Positions 36,804 through 51,146 of a DNA stretch of 64,000 bases are shown here, one piece after another. The notes beneath the pieces are model-generated. The model was given only the letters and a program-made list of their open reading frames with translations, ran no database searches and was not told the origin of the DNA. Location: NCBI GenBank assembly GCA_000934665.2, contig KZ538192.1:1-64000 (forward strand), read 5' to 3'. Made by a program: the position numbers and the translations under genes. Every line of letters starts with the position of its first letter. The stretch's first letter is position 1. This DNA comes from Catajapyx aquilonaris (taxonomy: Eukaryota).

Positions 36804-37381
36804 TAGGCTAATCAGGCCAGATTCGTTTTGATTCGTTCAGTGCTCCCCACCCTTAAACCGATTTAATATATATTTAAAGAAACTAAATGCGTTTAGTTGA
36901 AAGGTTTGGTACAATACATATTATTGGTATAGTATATTGAGCTTACCCATATAGTGAAGGTAATATATTGATACTATGTCACTTAAATATTAATATCGAC
37001 ATAATGGGTTACATGTATTATTTATCTACACAACACTCTAATAGATGTCGTCGCGACATTCAAGGTTTTTTCCTCTGATATCCTGTGATGAAGACTGATG
37101 CTCCAGTAGTAATGTATTTTTACTGTTGCTGGTAATTGTTCCACGACTCTGCTGGGTGAACAGAGCAAAAGGTGGTATCCAGCTGTGGCAAACTAAATCC
37201 CTGCATCGTCTGGTATACTCACCAGAGGAAACCACATGAACCAATGGACTGCATATTCGACACGATACCTCCCTGTGTGACTGAACCACATTTGAACACA
37301 CCCATATTCCAGACTCAACCGGTAGATTTTCAAGTATTGTTTTTATCATGGGAATAACGTAACCTGGGCAGAACTACTGTA

Positions 37382-38330
37382 CAGGGGCACAAAAAGAATC
37401 GCAAATTCGAAATGTTTGGTTGTTTCCGTTGGAGGCACGAAACGAGCGAGGAGGCCGGAGATATAACGCGTTATCCTTTACGTCCCTGCTATCCACATGA
37501 GAAGACAGATGTAATAAAATTCTGCTATGCTACACCCTCCAATCCAATTTCAAAGCAGAAACGAATAGAATGTGATATCTGGAATTGATTGCTCGCCCCT
37601 GGCAGCATAGGCGAGAGGCATGGGATTGTAGGTGTCAAGTTTTGAAGATTGGTGGTGTAAAAACGTCAAACCGCGATTAAATTCATTTGAAGTGTGATGC
37701 GTGTAAATGACATCCTTAGAAATATTACACGTCTATAAGCAACGCCGTTTTCCAAATATTTGCCAAAAAAAGCATCGTGCTTAGGTAGGAAAAACATTTC
37801 TCTCTTGCCAGGTATTCATGCGGCTCGTGCTCCAGAATCCGGGGAGATCCTCAGAAGGCAGAGTATATTATGCACAGAATTTCTGTTGAAGATTTCTCAG
37901 CGAACCCAGTAAGCCTGTACATGTTTTGCAGCATTATTCAATCGCGTCGTGCTCGTCAAAGAGAATGAAACAACTTGTTGAAGAAAAGTGGACCTACAAG
38001 TATGCACTTTTTCAAAAGATTACATCGGCTCAAGTTTACAGTGTGTGCCAAGTGGTCTGAATTTTTGAGCATGTGGACTACACGACTACTTCGTTAGATA
38101 TAGAGCTTAGTGTGATTTTTTTTCAAAGACAAAATGGTATCTAAAGAATTTCTCTTCTTCTACATAACAAAATGTAGAGAATGTCCCACAAATTGAAGAG
38201 AATTGAAAAATACGGACTGGGAGACTCTCTAGTAACTGTTGCTCTTCATCTACAAAAATAACAAGAGTGTCTATGGTATAACCTTGTGGTTCAACACATC
38301 ATGTTACAATTTTTTTCATAGTTCATATTT
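37382..38330 (+). mobile_element. Highly decayed mariner-like transposase remnant
   Basis: Starts TA|CAGGGG. Broken frames give EPSKPV...KWTYKYALFQKIT, FFSKTKWYL and VALHLQK..WY...FF, in the order expected for SP.KS..PYK..VQ.L, FSDEA.F.L and PLH..KV.VW..FF. Many stops. Confidence 0.4.
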
Positions 38331-38781
38331 GTGATAATGTTTCGTACATCACTCCTGCATCAAGTTGGTATTCCTGAGCCTGTCGATTTGAGTCCGCCAA
38401 CAGTTCTTCCCACGACCAATATACTCGTACTATATATACCACTTATTCCCTTCGGAAGACGAAAGGATTATTTTGTGGGTTATACCGCGACATTTCAGAC
38501 AATACAAATGTATGCTTAATTATGACTGTACTGTATATGCACAAGTATGGGGCATTTATGTTAGTGCCACTAACTGTATAAACTATTATGTTAATTAGGA
38601 GTAAAAATGGAAACGTCAACAGCACGATAGTCCTGAAACATGCATAGGCTAATATTATTCTGGTTCGTTAACAACTTTGCCTATACAGTGACTACGATTC
38701 ACAAAGTTATCGTAGATAATGTGCCATAGAATAAAACTGCTTGCGATGGTTTTGAATATCACTTTAATTCCTAATAGAGTA

Positions 38782-39227
38782 ACCGAAGCAGTATAGTGGT
38801 GGAGTGGATATGGTGTCCGACTGCTAATCGGGAGGTCCTGGGTTCTAGTCCCGGAGGCCGGCGGTCCTGACCTTGGTTTTCTGTGGTTTTCCAAGGCCAC
38901 CCCAGGAAAATTCCGGGATCGTACCGTAAAATAGGCCACAGCCGCTTCCTTCCTTTCCCTGCCCTGGAGGAGGTGCGGTGTCTGTGGGGAACTTCTGGCC
39001 CGCGCCTAGGGGCGGGGGGTGTGTCAGCTTGACCCCCTGAGGGACTGCACACGGCGGCCACAAGACAATGCACTGCACCACTGTCCCTCCCTCATCCCTT
39101 CCCTGTCCCCCGCACCGGAGAGAACGAAAAAGCATAGAAAACGGAGGCTATCTCCCCCCCCCCCCTACATTGACCACTAGGTCACAAGGGGGTACCAAAA
39201 ATAAATAAAATAAAAATAAAATAAATA
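38782..39227 (+). mobile_element. tRNA-derived SINE, family A, tail type 2 variant
   Basis: Family A head and body. The 3' part is shared with the 16908 copy (GAGGAGGTGCGG, GGGACTGCACACG, GACAATGCACT). It ends GGGGGTACC plus an A-rich tail. Degenerate TSD AATTCCT(A/C)ATA. Confidence 0.85.
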
Positions 39228-42200
39228 AATTCCTCATATATTCAACCTTTTTGTCGGATACAGTTACTTGCTACAGGTGTAGGCATACAAGTAAACAAGT
39301 CTTCGCCATTTAAATTTTACGCTATAGATAGATAGACTATAGATAGACTGACGTGCCATATTATTGATGTCATTTTTATTCATTGCTTGATTACGGCGCT
39401 CAGGAATATATCTGAAATATTTGTCACATGTACCCATTGTGCAAACTTTACGAATTGCCACCTGTAATATTATTTCAATTTGAGCAACGGTTGGATGCAA
39501 GAGGCACATGAATGCCATTTACTTGACAATTATCATAGCTCGTTTTTCATTTCCACGGTTCAATTATGAGTAATGGGCACCCATTTCGCACATGGACTCA
39601 TTCGCCTAATATGTTTCAGTCAATCGCATGGAGACAGGGAAAGATCGACCTCCACCAGTAGGATATGAATTTGTACGGTATGATTAGTCGTCATTTTCCA
39701 AGGCATAATTATTCCAGTGGGGATAATACGTCACACCTGTGAGGCCATGAACATGCAACTCGTTTGGGTTGTGAACAGTTCAACGGTTGGTGCGGGTCCA
39801 TTTTTGGTAGGGCAGTATTTTTTTTTCATACGCTGCAATTTTTTTAAAGGCTGCCCTAGTTTTGCCCCAGGGACTTTTGAATCCTTATTACAGGCAGAAT
39901 ACTGTGCACGTTCATGTTTTTGCATTATGTACGCAATGTAATGTTCTCTGTAATATACTGGATTTGACCTTTACGAGTAGTAGCAAGATATTTTACGGAA
40001 CATAAAGGAAGTAGAAACACAAAGACGTTGCACTGCAGCCAGTTCCGGATCCAAGATTTCCCTTAGCTTGTGCTCAACCCCAACTTTCTCTTCATTTGCT
40101 TAAGCCTCACATCTTGTAATTCCTTGATGAGCAAGAAAACTCACAGCACTTTTGCTTGTCCCAGTTAAAATGTAAATGCACATCCTCCTTTTCCTTACTC
40201 TTCCTCTGCCTTCCATGCTGCTTACCCTATCAGCCTCAAGTTTGTCCATTAAGATTTTAGTCTGTATTTCCTTAGAGTAAATATCGATTGCAATCCACCG
40301 AGAGTCCTTTTCCATATAGTTCAAGCATGCAGGATCCGGGCGGATCCGATACAGGACCTAAAATTTTTACGAAATAAAGCAGGCGGTTGAGAGAAAAATG
40401 CGGTCTCCATAAAAGAAGCCAGAGGTTGAAATTCTGTATCTTACGTTTTCCCTTTTTGGGGCAAAAAGTCTGGCCGCTGCTATTCCTCGGCTACAATCAC
40501 TTTTCTTGGAGGCCCTGGCATTCGGTAGAGGATCAGCATCGGTGGAGCAAACCGAAAAGGAGAAGGCGGACCTTTCCCCCCCCCCTCCCTTTTTTCCCTT
40601 CATTTCCACGCTGCCTTCCTTTCTGAAGGGAACCGGACGGGAGGCGTGAGCTTAGGAGCCATCAGATCAGAAAGGCCAATCTCATCTTGTTCTGATTGTT
40701 CCTCTTTTTTTTCCCTCCTCCAAGAATGTCATAGGAGGTCACGACCTGGAAGATTGGTTTTGACTCTCCGATTGTCGTAGTGTCAGTGATAAAGGCTTCT
40801 ATTCTGGATATGCAAGGGGCAACTTTGCCCAGAAAGCTTGTTGCTGATTGAAAAAGAAAAAAGAGGGCGGTTGTCTTCTGATATACAGTGCACTAGGTGG
40901 TTCGCAGAACGAGTTTTTAAGCTAATTGAGGATTTCAAATGCGTATAAATTAGCTTTAAGACCGGAATTTTATTGGACTTTTCGGCATTTACCTTCTGAG
41001 AACTATGCGTTCTAAAACAACAATATTATTATTCTTATAATTTGAAACTTGAAATTATGAAACTGGATTTGCGGTGAAACAGAAGGACTTGCAACACAAT
41101 GACAGAATTTGACTTGATCGAATGAGTACCCGAGTCAATAACCGTATTATCCATCATTGCATCGGTTTTGTATCCTGGAAACGTACTACTGATATTACGC
41201 CAAAGCTGGGACAGCTCTAACACTATCTGAGTTGAAGAGTTTTCTCGTATTTTGCAGGCTACGCTTGTCGTTTAACCAAATTACCAACATCTGTTGGTGA
41301 ATTAACTTCTGCAAAATTAATAACTCGGCAGATATATGCAGCTGACAGCTACAGTACCTGCTACAAGCCAAACAAGTGGACAGGAACACCTCAGGTATTT
41401 TAGTAGCACATAATTATGAGTACATTATTGACTTTACCAATAAGGCAGTTACTGTTTTGCGCTTACAGTCGTATGTTGTTCGAGTAGAATTGTCCGTACT
41501 TGTTAACCACTTTTTGTCTATGAGCTGCTTATTATAAAGTATAGTTATTTTCAAACAGCCGGTTACACTTTTCAAAAATATTACCCTTTACCTTTTCCAT
41601 AAGAATAACAGTGTTTCCAAAAAGGCAGAGTCGCAAAAATTGCAAGGCCTAAAGGATGCTTCCTTTCAACCTATAAGATTAAGAACAAATATATTGGAAA
41701 ATACCTACGAGTAACTGTGCAAATAATGTGTAAATCAAAATGTCGCTGATGATTATAATCTTTCAATTGGTTTGGCCAGATGGTACGGTTTACGCCACGT
41801 ATTATGACAACAGCAGAATGACCAATTGCAGGCTATCGCCAAGTCATGCGTCACCTTTTACCAGGTCATGTAACATGGGAACAGTCTATTGCATTCAACA
41901 AATGGAAGGCTTTCCAACACCCACTATGCGTAATGAGTTGAATTTACACCCGGAAGCAGGGAACTTGACATCTCTAAAAGCGGGATATATTTCTGACAGC
42001 TACTCCAGACTAATTACGCACATTACTTCCAGCAGTTATGCAATAAAATTTCGCCGTAAACTCGACTATTGTAGAAACGACAGCACTTGATAATTTGTCA
42101 TGTCATCTGCATGCAAGATGACAGCTTCAGCTCTAGCTACTTGGGATGCAATTTGCAGGGGTGTCCAATTATATCCAGTTTAACAAGAAATTTGGCCCTC

Positions 42201-44098
42201 CAGAATTTCAACTGCATGTATAAAAAAGCCTGCGTTACATAGTAGCCTAAAGTAATAGGATATCAGCTGTCATGTCTAAAACTTGCAACAGAGTATATGA
42301 AAATATACTGTGGCTGAGCCGGCAGTATTTCAATGTGAGATGCTACTCAAGATGAAATTTTCTGCGGGAAAATGCACTAGAATCTCGTCTTCGCCAGAGG
42401 AAATGAAAACGTCAATTATTCACGTAATCGTTTGAGCAATTTATCACTGACACTGCGTTCCCTTCTAATTTACATCACAGGAGGGAGCGTTTCATCACCC
42501 AATTATGACACTAAAAAGTTGCTCCTCGTCCTCCATATCCAAATAGTGAAACAGTGAACGTGCCCTCAGAACATTGTTATATCCAGGCAGCCCTGATTCT
42601 TTTTCAAACTACTCGTATAGTAGTATGTCAACTATAGTATATATGTGTAGTACGTCACAAAATCAGGTGACGAGAATGCCACGGCACTAATGAGCTTCTG
42701 GGAGATTTCAATGTGGCCTAACATAGCGATGGGGGTAATTCTGGGAATTTCTGCCCAATGAAAGTAAGGGCTTAACGGACCACTTAAGCTGCCTGTCATT
42801 TCACTTAATTCAATCGTCTAGTAACAGTGAAGTAGCTATTAGGGTAACAGGCGGCCCTCCCCGGAATGTGATTAGCTCTTCGCGGCGAAATAAATTGTGT
42901 TGGCGAAGAAATGGCTTTCACTGACTTTTTTAAGAGTGTTGAAATATTCAGTCATTCAATTACAGCCGTTTTTATGCGATAACAAATCTGACTGAAGCAG
43001 GCAAATAGTGACAGTAATTTTTCAAAATCTGCCCTCGCCACTTTGACATGATGAGCGTAAGCCTTCTAGAGACACAACGTGTTTCACGGACTGTATACTT
43101 GACTCATGTGGTTGGAATGTGGAATATGACTGAAGCGGACAGGGGTGGGGTATATTGGTTTTTTAGGTGAAGAGAAATGGGTGTGTGTCAGACATAAATC
43201 CTCCGAAAGGAATATAAGGTAAAAGAAAAATGAAGGAAATTCCGAGTAACGACAAGCTGCAAGTCAAATACGGCCGATTTTGAAAATGTTGGGTCTATGT
43301 ATATTAAATTTTCTGGCAATGTGGGGAAAATGTCAGGGAATCGCAGCCATGTAGCCTCTTGATATAGCGTCCAGGTATAACATTTGAGAAAATTGGCCCT
43401 TAACTGATTGGGATTTTCCACACGATGACCTCTTTTCCGTTAGAGCGATTGGCGGAGATTCATTATAGAATCCGACATGAGAGTCGAGGCTTCCAAGAAA
43501 TCCGTGGATCCCGTCGAATGCGTCTGATGCAATGGGAGGAAGAGTGGAAGGGCAGCGGGGATAGGCTTCCGATTGCGGATGCCCATCACGGATCTTTCTG
43601 TGCAGAAAGCAGTTGTGCGTGGAATGAAGTCCAAGCGGGAATCAGCTATAACTGACCGATAAATACTCTTCTCCCCCCTTTGCTGCACCAGAGCCCTCTT
43701 GGAGGATTCAGATGTCACTTTCACGTGACAAAATCATGGGTGGATTTTACGAAATAAGCACTTTCAACTGAGTGACAAGTGAGTTGGTGTGTAACTGCTG
43801 GAGCAGTGGTTGTTGACAATGTCAAGTATTTGTTAGACGCGATTGATTAGCCGCTGATTTCAGTTCAATACTGCATAGTGAAGTGTAACGTTGGCATGCG
43901 GTTTGATAGTGTGAGTTTGCGGGGATGTAAATGCGCTTATAGAGGAGTTCAAACAGTGCTTTCGGGGGCCAGTGGGAATTGTTGTGTTTGTTTGGGCAGT
44001 GCTGTGTTATTCCGCTGATTTTGCGTTGATTCGTTTTAAAAATTTGTTGGCAGCTTATGGCCTAAAATACATATGAGACTTTGGGAGAAATGCAAAGC

Positions 44099-44123
44099 TA
44101 TATATATATATATATATATATAT
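44099..44123. repeat. (TA)n microsatellite
   Basis: Tandem TA units. Confidence 0.9.
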
Positions 44124-46244
44124 GCTAGGGATTTACGTACTGTTATTAAAGCAAGCCTATACCCACGCACGAACAGTAGATTCGGAAGTAAAAACAGCTG
44201 AAAGGCTTTTGGAAAAATTTCAGAACCTTTTTTAGTTACAGCCCTGCACAGGGTGCGCCGTTACGCAAACGAAGCACTTTCTGGTAGAAAATGTAGACAA
44301 CCGGTCAAAGCTATTAGGGGACAAAAGGCACTTTGATTGTTCGTGCAATAAATGTGTCACAGAATAATAATGTATTCCTTACCATTACGAATTCACATGC
44401 TTCCATGGCAGCTTTGTTGCAGGGCTTTTTCCTGAAAGAAGTCAACGGCAGGAGGACAAAGCGATAACTGAACAGTGGCTGCGTCCAGTGGAAAATGGGG
44501 ACAATTCTATTGTGCAACCTGAAGCTTAGTGATACTAGTTACCATTCAAACGTCGCCATGCAGCGCTCTCTAATTCGCATTCCCCAACACCCACTACCTA
44601 TTTTACATGTAGTACTTCTTTTCTAATTAAAATGTCGAATTGAAGATCAAACCGTGAAAATGCCGTGCAAATGCTCGGTCACAAAGCTGAGTAATAGTCG
44701 TTATCAGCTGTTTTAGTAGATGGGTTTGAGTCGTTTCAGTCGATTTAAACTGTTCTTCCACGAGGGGAAAAAGCGAATATGATAAACAGACGCTCTCACT
44801 AGAGGGCAGCAGTGCTGGTGGATCATCCGGACACTTGATGAGGGCAGCATTCTGCTGTAGCTCGCAAGACCAGGATCCGCATGGAAGGTCAACATAAAAC
44901 GTGGCACGATTTTAATAATGTAATTTCGTGGTTGAAGTCCCCTGTCTGCTTGCATGTGTGTTTTCACAATTCGTTATTATCGCCGCGGGTCTGTTGGTCT
45001 TTAGAGAATGGTCCACTTCTCACCAAGCGGATTGGAACTCGCTTTATTCCTAACATTGATTATCCCTGCAACACTACTGGTGACTTCGTTAAAGCCCGGT
45101 CACATTGTTAAGCGCCATGTGGGACACCAGGTATTTGTCTATTGTAATGTCGTACGGAATTGTTTATATTTTACTGCAATGACGATACCCCATATACTAT
45201 TGGCAATTTAACTTTATCGATATATTGAAATAGTTGTTAAATTAAATTAAATTTAAAAAATAATATTATCCGGCACATCCACAGCATTCACAATATACGT
45301 AGACTATAACTGCCAATCTCTTAAACACTACATTGATATACGATACAATATGTAAAGTGACAATAATGCCATACATCATCAGTACCACCTGCAAAAAATT
45401 AAAGCACCCGGAAATATATTGATGGCAAGATAATTACGTCCTTGTTTTATATATAAATTATTCATTTTTAACTGAACTACAAAATTTCATTTCTGCATGC
45501 GTATGTGAATTCAGATTTATGCTTGGAGCGTAAGCAACCCTTGACTGTATTAGTAACTATCTTTCGGAATAACCTCGGCTTACTATTGGTACCCCTAAAG
45601 TTGGTTGCCTGTGAATTTATTACTTCAGCACATACGGTATGCAATGGGTCTTAATATGTTCAATCTGCCTTACCCTTCCGCTCCCCGCCTACCCATTGTA
45701 ATGTGATCACGTAATTTACGGGGAATCAACTTAGACGCACGCTGTTAGTCAGGTAATAATATAACCTCAATAGAGGTTTCAAAACGTGAACTTTTAAAAC
45801 CTCTATTTAGAGGTCACCTGACAAAGCGTGTTCGGTTGAGGTTTATACGACAGGTGTATAAACTGGTATAAACAGTGCGTTCTGAGGTTTAAAAAGTGCC
45901 GGAGGTCATCTATAAATATTTTGTGATGTAAAGGTTATCCAGTATAGCCTCTACAGCAGATGTCTATAAGTATAGTAACCTCAATAATAGTATTTTCGTA
46001 TTTTACACTCTTTGTCAGGTGACCACTAAATAATGGGCTTAAAAATTCACGTTGTGAAACCATTACACGGACTGTTCATATACACCTGTCGTAAAACTCA
46101 ACCGAATTAGAGTGACTAACCCCTCGCTACAGTGAAGACCACAATTCAATACCGGCCCCAATGGGAAAACATAAAATGTTCTGGAAAATGAAAAAAAAAA
46201 CGGTTTATTTCTGCTTCCGATCATACTAGCCAATTGCGCTCTAA

Positions 46245-46371
46245 GGGCCGGTTTCACCGAGCTTGGTATATGATAAAACCAGGTTTCTTTAGGAAAATCC
46301 CATACAAATAGATAGGGATTTTGAGAAAGAACCCTGGTTTTATCATATACTGAGCTCGGTGAAACCGGCCC
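46245..46371. mobile_element. PIF/Harbinger palindromic MITE
   Basis: TAA|GGGCCGGTTTCACCGAGCT...AGCTCGGTGAAACCGGCCC|TAA, hairpin along its whole length. Confidence 0.85.
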
Positions 46372-49300
46372 TAAAGGTGATGACACATACATGCAGCATG
46401 AATACCTGACAGCATTCTAACTGAAATCCTGGTGCAATTTACATTTTGATACTTTTAATGCTCACAATATATTATTGATCTCTTCTTGCATTGCATTGCT
46501 CTTTTGGCCTGGATATGGAGAAATTAACCTTCTCAGAATAAAATAAAGTATGATTATGACATGTAGGGGAGACATTCTTCACTTCCGGGTACTTATACAT
46601 TTAATTTAATTTAATTTAATTTAATTTTTATTTTGTAGTACCCCCATACCACATCTTATAATTATACTGTATGCAGTTTAACCTATATACAAAAGGCAAA
46701 GTTTGTCGGCTTGTCCCATTTCCCTCCCCCCTCTACCACCCTGACCCTACTCTACCATGGTAGCGGATTTTCATGATTACAATGATTTATTGTTGCTGAG
46801 TCGTTGTTTCCCTAGTAACGTCAACATAATACCACGGCAACAATGGCATTCAACAATATCAATGGTGCCATGGTAACAAGCAGTTCGAAGAACGGGCTTC
46901 CTGCTAGTTGTGTTTTAATATACAAAGTAGTTGGACTTTCGTCATTTATGCGGCTGCAAAATTTCAGCAATTGAATTTAGCCAATAGGAGAGTCGTCAAC
47001 GGCAGCCATCATGAGTTAGGGTGTTGCAAATCGGCAATGTTTAATTGGAGCCAATTGGAGCGTGTGTTAACAGTCGGCCATCATGAATTTAGGTCGTTTT
47101 CAATCAGAAAGGAACCAATGATTTATTTCCCCGACATGTAGGCTGTAAGTGAAAGAGATGGCTTGGGGGCAGGACTACAGAAAATAATTCGTTGGGCTTA
47201 ACCGACATTAGTCCACAGGACTAGCTCGAGACTAGACCGGTGTAGAGTGAAACTCGAAGTGAAACTAAGGAACTTTTTAGAGTCCTTAAGTAGAGGGTGG
47301 TGTAGCCAACTTCTGTCTACACAACAGGACAGACGAAAGACAGCCACAAAGACGCCCATGTGAACCTAGCTGGATTGTCAACGGGATCAACTCTGTGTGA
47401 TTTTAGTCTATTAGTAACATTCCAAAACTAGTATATTATTTAGTAGCTGACATTTTGACCACTTTTGGAGGGCGTGGGTCAAAGATTTTTGGATGCAGTC
47501 TAAACCAATAAGCACACTTTATTTTCCACTATAGGTGCCGCACTGCCCCTCAGAAGGGAACGTTCCTGTGGTAAGTAAAGCAGCTCCATTAGAAGCCTGT
47601 TTCAGACGCTTCTAGTGTCATTTAGGCTCATGCATTTTCTACGGATGGGCATCCACCAGATGGAGGACAGTATGCCATAAAAGTAATTTTGTAAAGATTT
47701 ACAGATGGGCACATATTGCATTGTGGGCTTCAATATATTATTAAAAGAACAAAATCTTTCACTTTGCATTACAACCTCAGGTGGAAATTAAGTTATGGTG
47801 GCTAACCAGGTAAATAATAGGAAATGTTATCATGTCAGCTGCAATGAGAAGTTGTCGGTTGTAAAAATAAAAAAAAAAACAACGACAGCAGACACTCCCA
47901 TGCTATTTATGGGGGGATGTTACTGCAACTGAACTCCCTTCGCTCCAGTGATGACGCCTCCCAATCTAAAATGAAGTGCATAATTTTGGCATTGGAGTAG
48001 GTCAAGAACTCGTCCTATCAGCTTAGTCATGATCAGTCGACAGTATATCTGAAACTGAATCATTTGCATATGCTCAATAATTTATTCCGGATGCGGCAAT
48101 TAATTACAAAACACTGCAGATTCAATAATTTTATCAGGGGTCCACACTACTGAACAGTTCGATGTCCATATGTCTCGCAATACATGCAAACATCACACAA
48201 AACACCTCCGCTTTATTGTGGCGTACACTGGTGGTACAGTTGAGTTGAACTTGAGCAATAACTGACATTGCTCCACACTGATTCTCACACTCAAAGTGTG
48301 CGTGAACACCATTGCAACCGCATCAAATGATTTGAGTCAAGAAAGGGTCTAGCAGAGTAGATGACAAGGACGGTTCCTAACAATCTTTGCTGCATCAGGT
48401 TTCCAGCCCGCTCGATTACAATCGCCTATGAGGCTGGAGAAGAAAGAAGAAAAAGGAGCCGGAGCACAAAGGGAAAAGGGCCTGATAGTGAAATTGAGGA
48501 GGAAGCTCGGGCACATTATCGAGGTCTGGGCGGCAGTTTGATCTGGGAGGTTTGCAGCTCGGCAGAAGCTGCCGTGGCACAGGCTCAATTTCCCCCAAAT
48601 GGCAATTAACGCTCGACACTCCTTCCACTCCTCGGAAAGCACAGTTGGTAGCTGCAAGCAGCTATTTGGGCTAGGACGCCCGGGTTCATGGGGGTGGGGG
48701 AGATGGGTGGCTTGGCTTGGCGTGGGGCAGGCCACCTCCCAGCTCGGGCGGAATGCCATCTCGGCCTACTGTAGAAAGCCCAACTTCAAACGAAACCCAC
48801 TTGCTCTCTCGGCTTATTACTGTCTTCCGCCCTTAGTGCAGGCAGCCATCTTTCTTTATTCGCGGATTTTGGGGCTGGACATTTCTACCCCCAGCCGCCT
48901 TGAGTTATGTTTGCTACAAAGTGCGTGCGTAGAGCCACGGGTAGGCAGTTGGGTGGAAATGTGGGTCGACGCCAAAATGGGATTAATTGGGACATTTTCC
49001 TCGCCCTGTGTTTTGGAGGGGGGGGGGGGTTCTGGGGGTAGGGGAGGTCGGGGGGATCGCTGTGACATAAGGGAATTATGTGGATTACTGCTGCGCCGCA
49101 TATGCTGTCATGTGAAAGGCCGTCGCATGCTTTTTGGAAGGCCTGGTTTCGGGGGGAGGGGAGGGGGATGGGCCTCGGACACAACAAAGGTTCATATTTT
49201 ATGGAGCAGCGTTCAAAGTGCGCCGTTTAATAACGGGGGACGATATAAATGTCACACATTTTATTGGCGTGATCGAAATGAAACTACCTTCGCTATACAG

Positions 49301-50856
49301 CTACCAGTTATAATGCTGAACAAGAGAGGGGACTATATCCAAAGGTGTAAAATTAAATGGGTTCCAATATTGATATGGTATTCGAGGGATTGTTTAGGGC
49401 ACGTTTGTGCAATTATATGTGCTGATTAGTAATGAGAGTGTTTGTAAAATGAATTTAGTGCACCACCAATGAAAATGGCTGCCTTGTTTTGGTTTTACGT
49501 TGTTTAGACTATTATCCTCCTTACATTTTTGCACCAGCTGCTAATTAAATGATGTAGGTTTTTTGCATTTAAAACAATAGGCGCAATTATGTTCTGGATG
49601 ATAGTGTTGAAAAATAATATTACGTTAACCAAATCCCATTTTGGGCTTTGTGCGTAATGCTTTTGCCCGGAGGAACACATACTAATCGTTAATTTCATTT
49701 TGAGGAGGGACGTCCATTGCACGCATGCGAAACCTTTGATCATTGTATAAAAAGTGTAAAATGAATTCATAAATTAATATTTACTTGCGTCCGGAATATC
49801 CATGATGTTGTTTTCACGGAAAGCGAAATGAGATGTCCTTGAACGCTGCGAAAATGGATACACTGTACAAGTGTACAGTACATTTATTTGCACAATTTGG
49901 TATACGCTACGGCGTGAATAAGAAGCAGGGCCCCATGAGCAATGTTATAGCCTATTCTGTGCAGATGGCAATCCAAGAGCTTCACCTGCTAAAGGATAGT
50001 ACAATATGTATTACACAGGAACAAATGGCAATGCATACTAGAGTACTTATAATAGACATTGACAGTGCAATCAAACATGAAGTCCCACACTAAAAATACA
50101 AAAAAAAAATCCCGAAAGACTAGAGAAATAATTTAATATTCATCCAAGCCTCTATCTGGTACTATTCAAATAGGCATTGAAATTGGACATTATATGATGC
50201 GTTGTCTTTCATATTTGAACTCACATCCGCATTGGTAAAAAGCTAGCGGATACCATTTCCTTCCCTCTCTTCGCCTTCAGGTGGGGTAGAAAATTACTTA
50301 TACATACATCGTTGAAAAGGCAATTTAATTTCTGCCCAAAGGGATATAATTATGCATGATTACAAGTCAAACATAAAAGTGAGCTTACTGGCGGGAAATC
50401 AGCAAAATTCTAACCGATACGAATGTGAGCTCAATTCTGAAGCGTCACACCACGTAATACGAGTACATTACCTTGTTCTAAGTTACACGACTACTAATTT
50501 ATTTATCTCTATTCCTGATACCTTTTTCCACGCAAAATTTGACACTTACACAGATATACTGTATGCGTATAGTTCATGATCAGTACAGTATCCATTCTGC
50601 CGTCGTCGCGTCGTACAAGTGTAGTCCTATAATAAATCATCTTGGTATTTGATTGATAATTGTAGCCAATCATTACAATTAAATAATGTTCTCACAATAA
50701 TTCCTGTTATTGTATCGGATCCTCTGACAATGTGCATGTTATGCTTATCTCGGGGGATTATAATAATATTATCAACACACTGTAAATTTTAATGAATAGC
50801 TATGAAAATAACTGTAATGAATTATGACGAGACTGATGAGTGATAACATTATTATA

Positions 50857-51146
50857 AATAATAATAATAATAATTCATACCCCGTTATCACCCATCGGTT
50901 CTTTAGGGGGGAAGTTTGTTTTGCCTGGAACTCTTTGCCTTCATTTTACTGTGCTCTTTGGGATAGGATAAGGACGGAAGAAAGCGGCTGTGGCCTATTA
51001 ATTTCGGAAGCAACTCCGGCATTTTCCTGGAAGGACCGTGGGAAACCACAGAAAACCAAGGTCAGAGTTGCCGGCCCCGGGATTTGATCCCAGGACCTCC
51101 CGATTAGCAGTCGGACACCATATCCCCTACTCCAAACTGCTTCGGT
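50857..51146 (-). mobile_element. tRNA-derived SINE, family A, tail type 1
   Basis: Reverse complement of the family consensus. 14-bp TSD ATAACATTATTATA at 50843-50856 and 51147-51160. Confidence 0.9.

Noticed and set aside
40100..40324. RTE-LINE-like C-terminal peptide (MEGRGRVRKRR)
   Set aside because: The similarity is a few low-complexity residues with no reverse transcriptase core nearby.
48599..49429. 276-aa ORF, the longest in the ORF track
   Set aside because: It has no recognisable domain, is Gly/Arg/Trp-rich because of G-runs, and lacks splice support. It is probably a chance ORF in GC-richer DNA.
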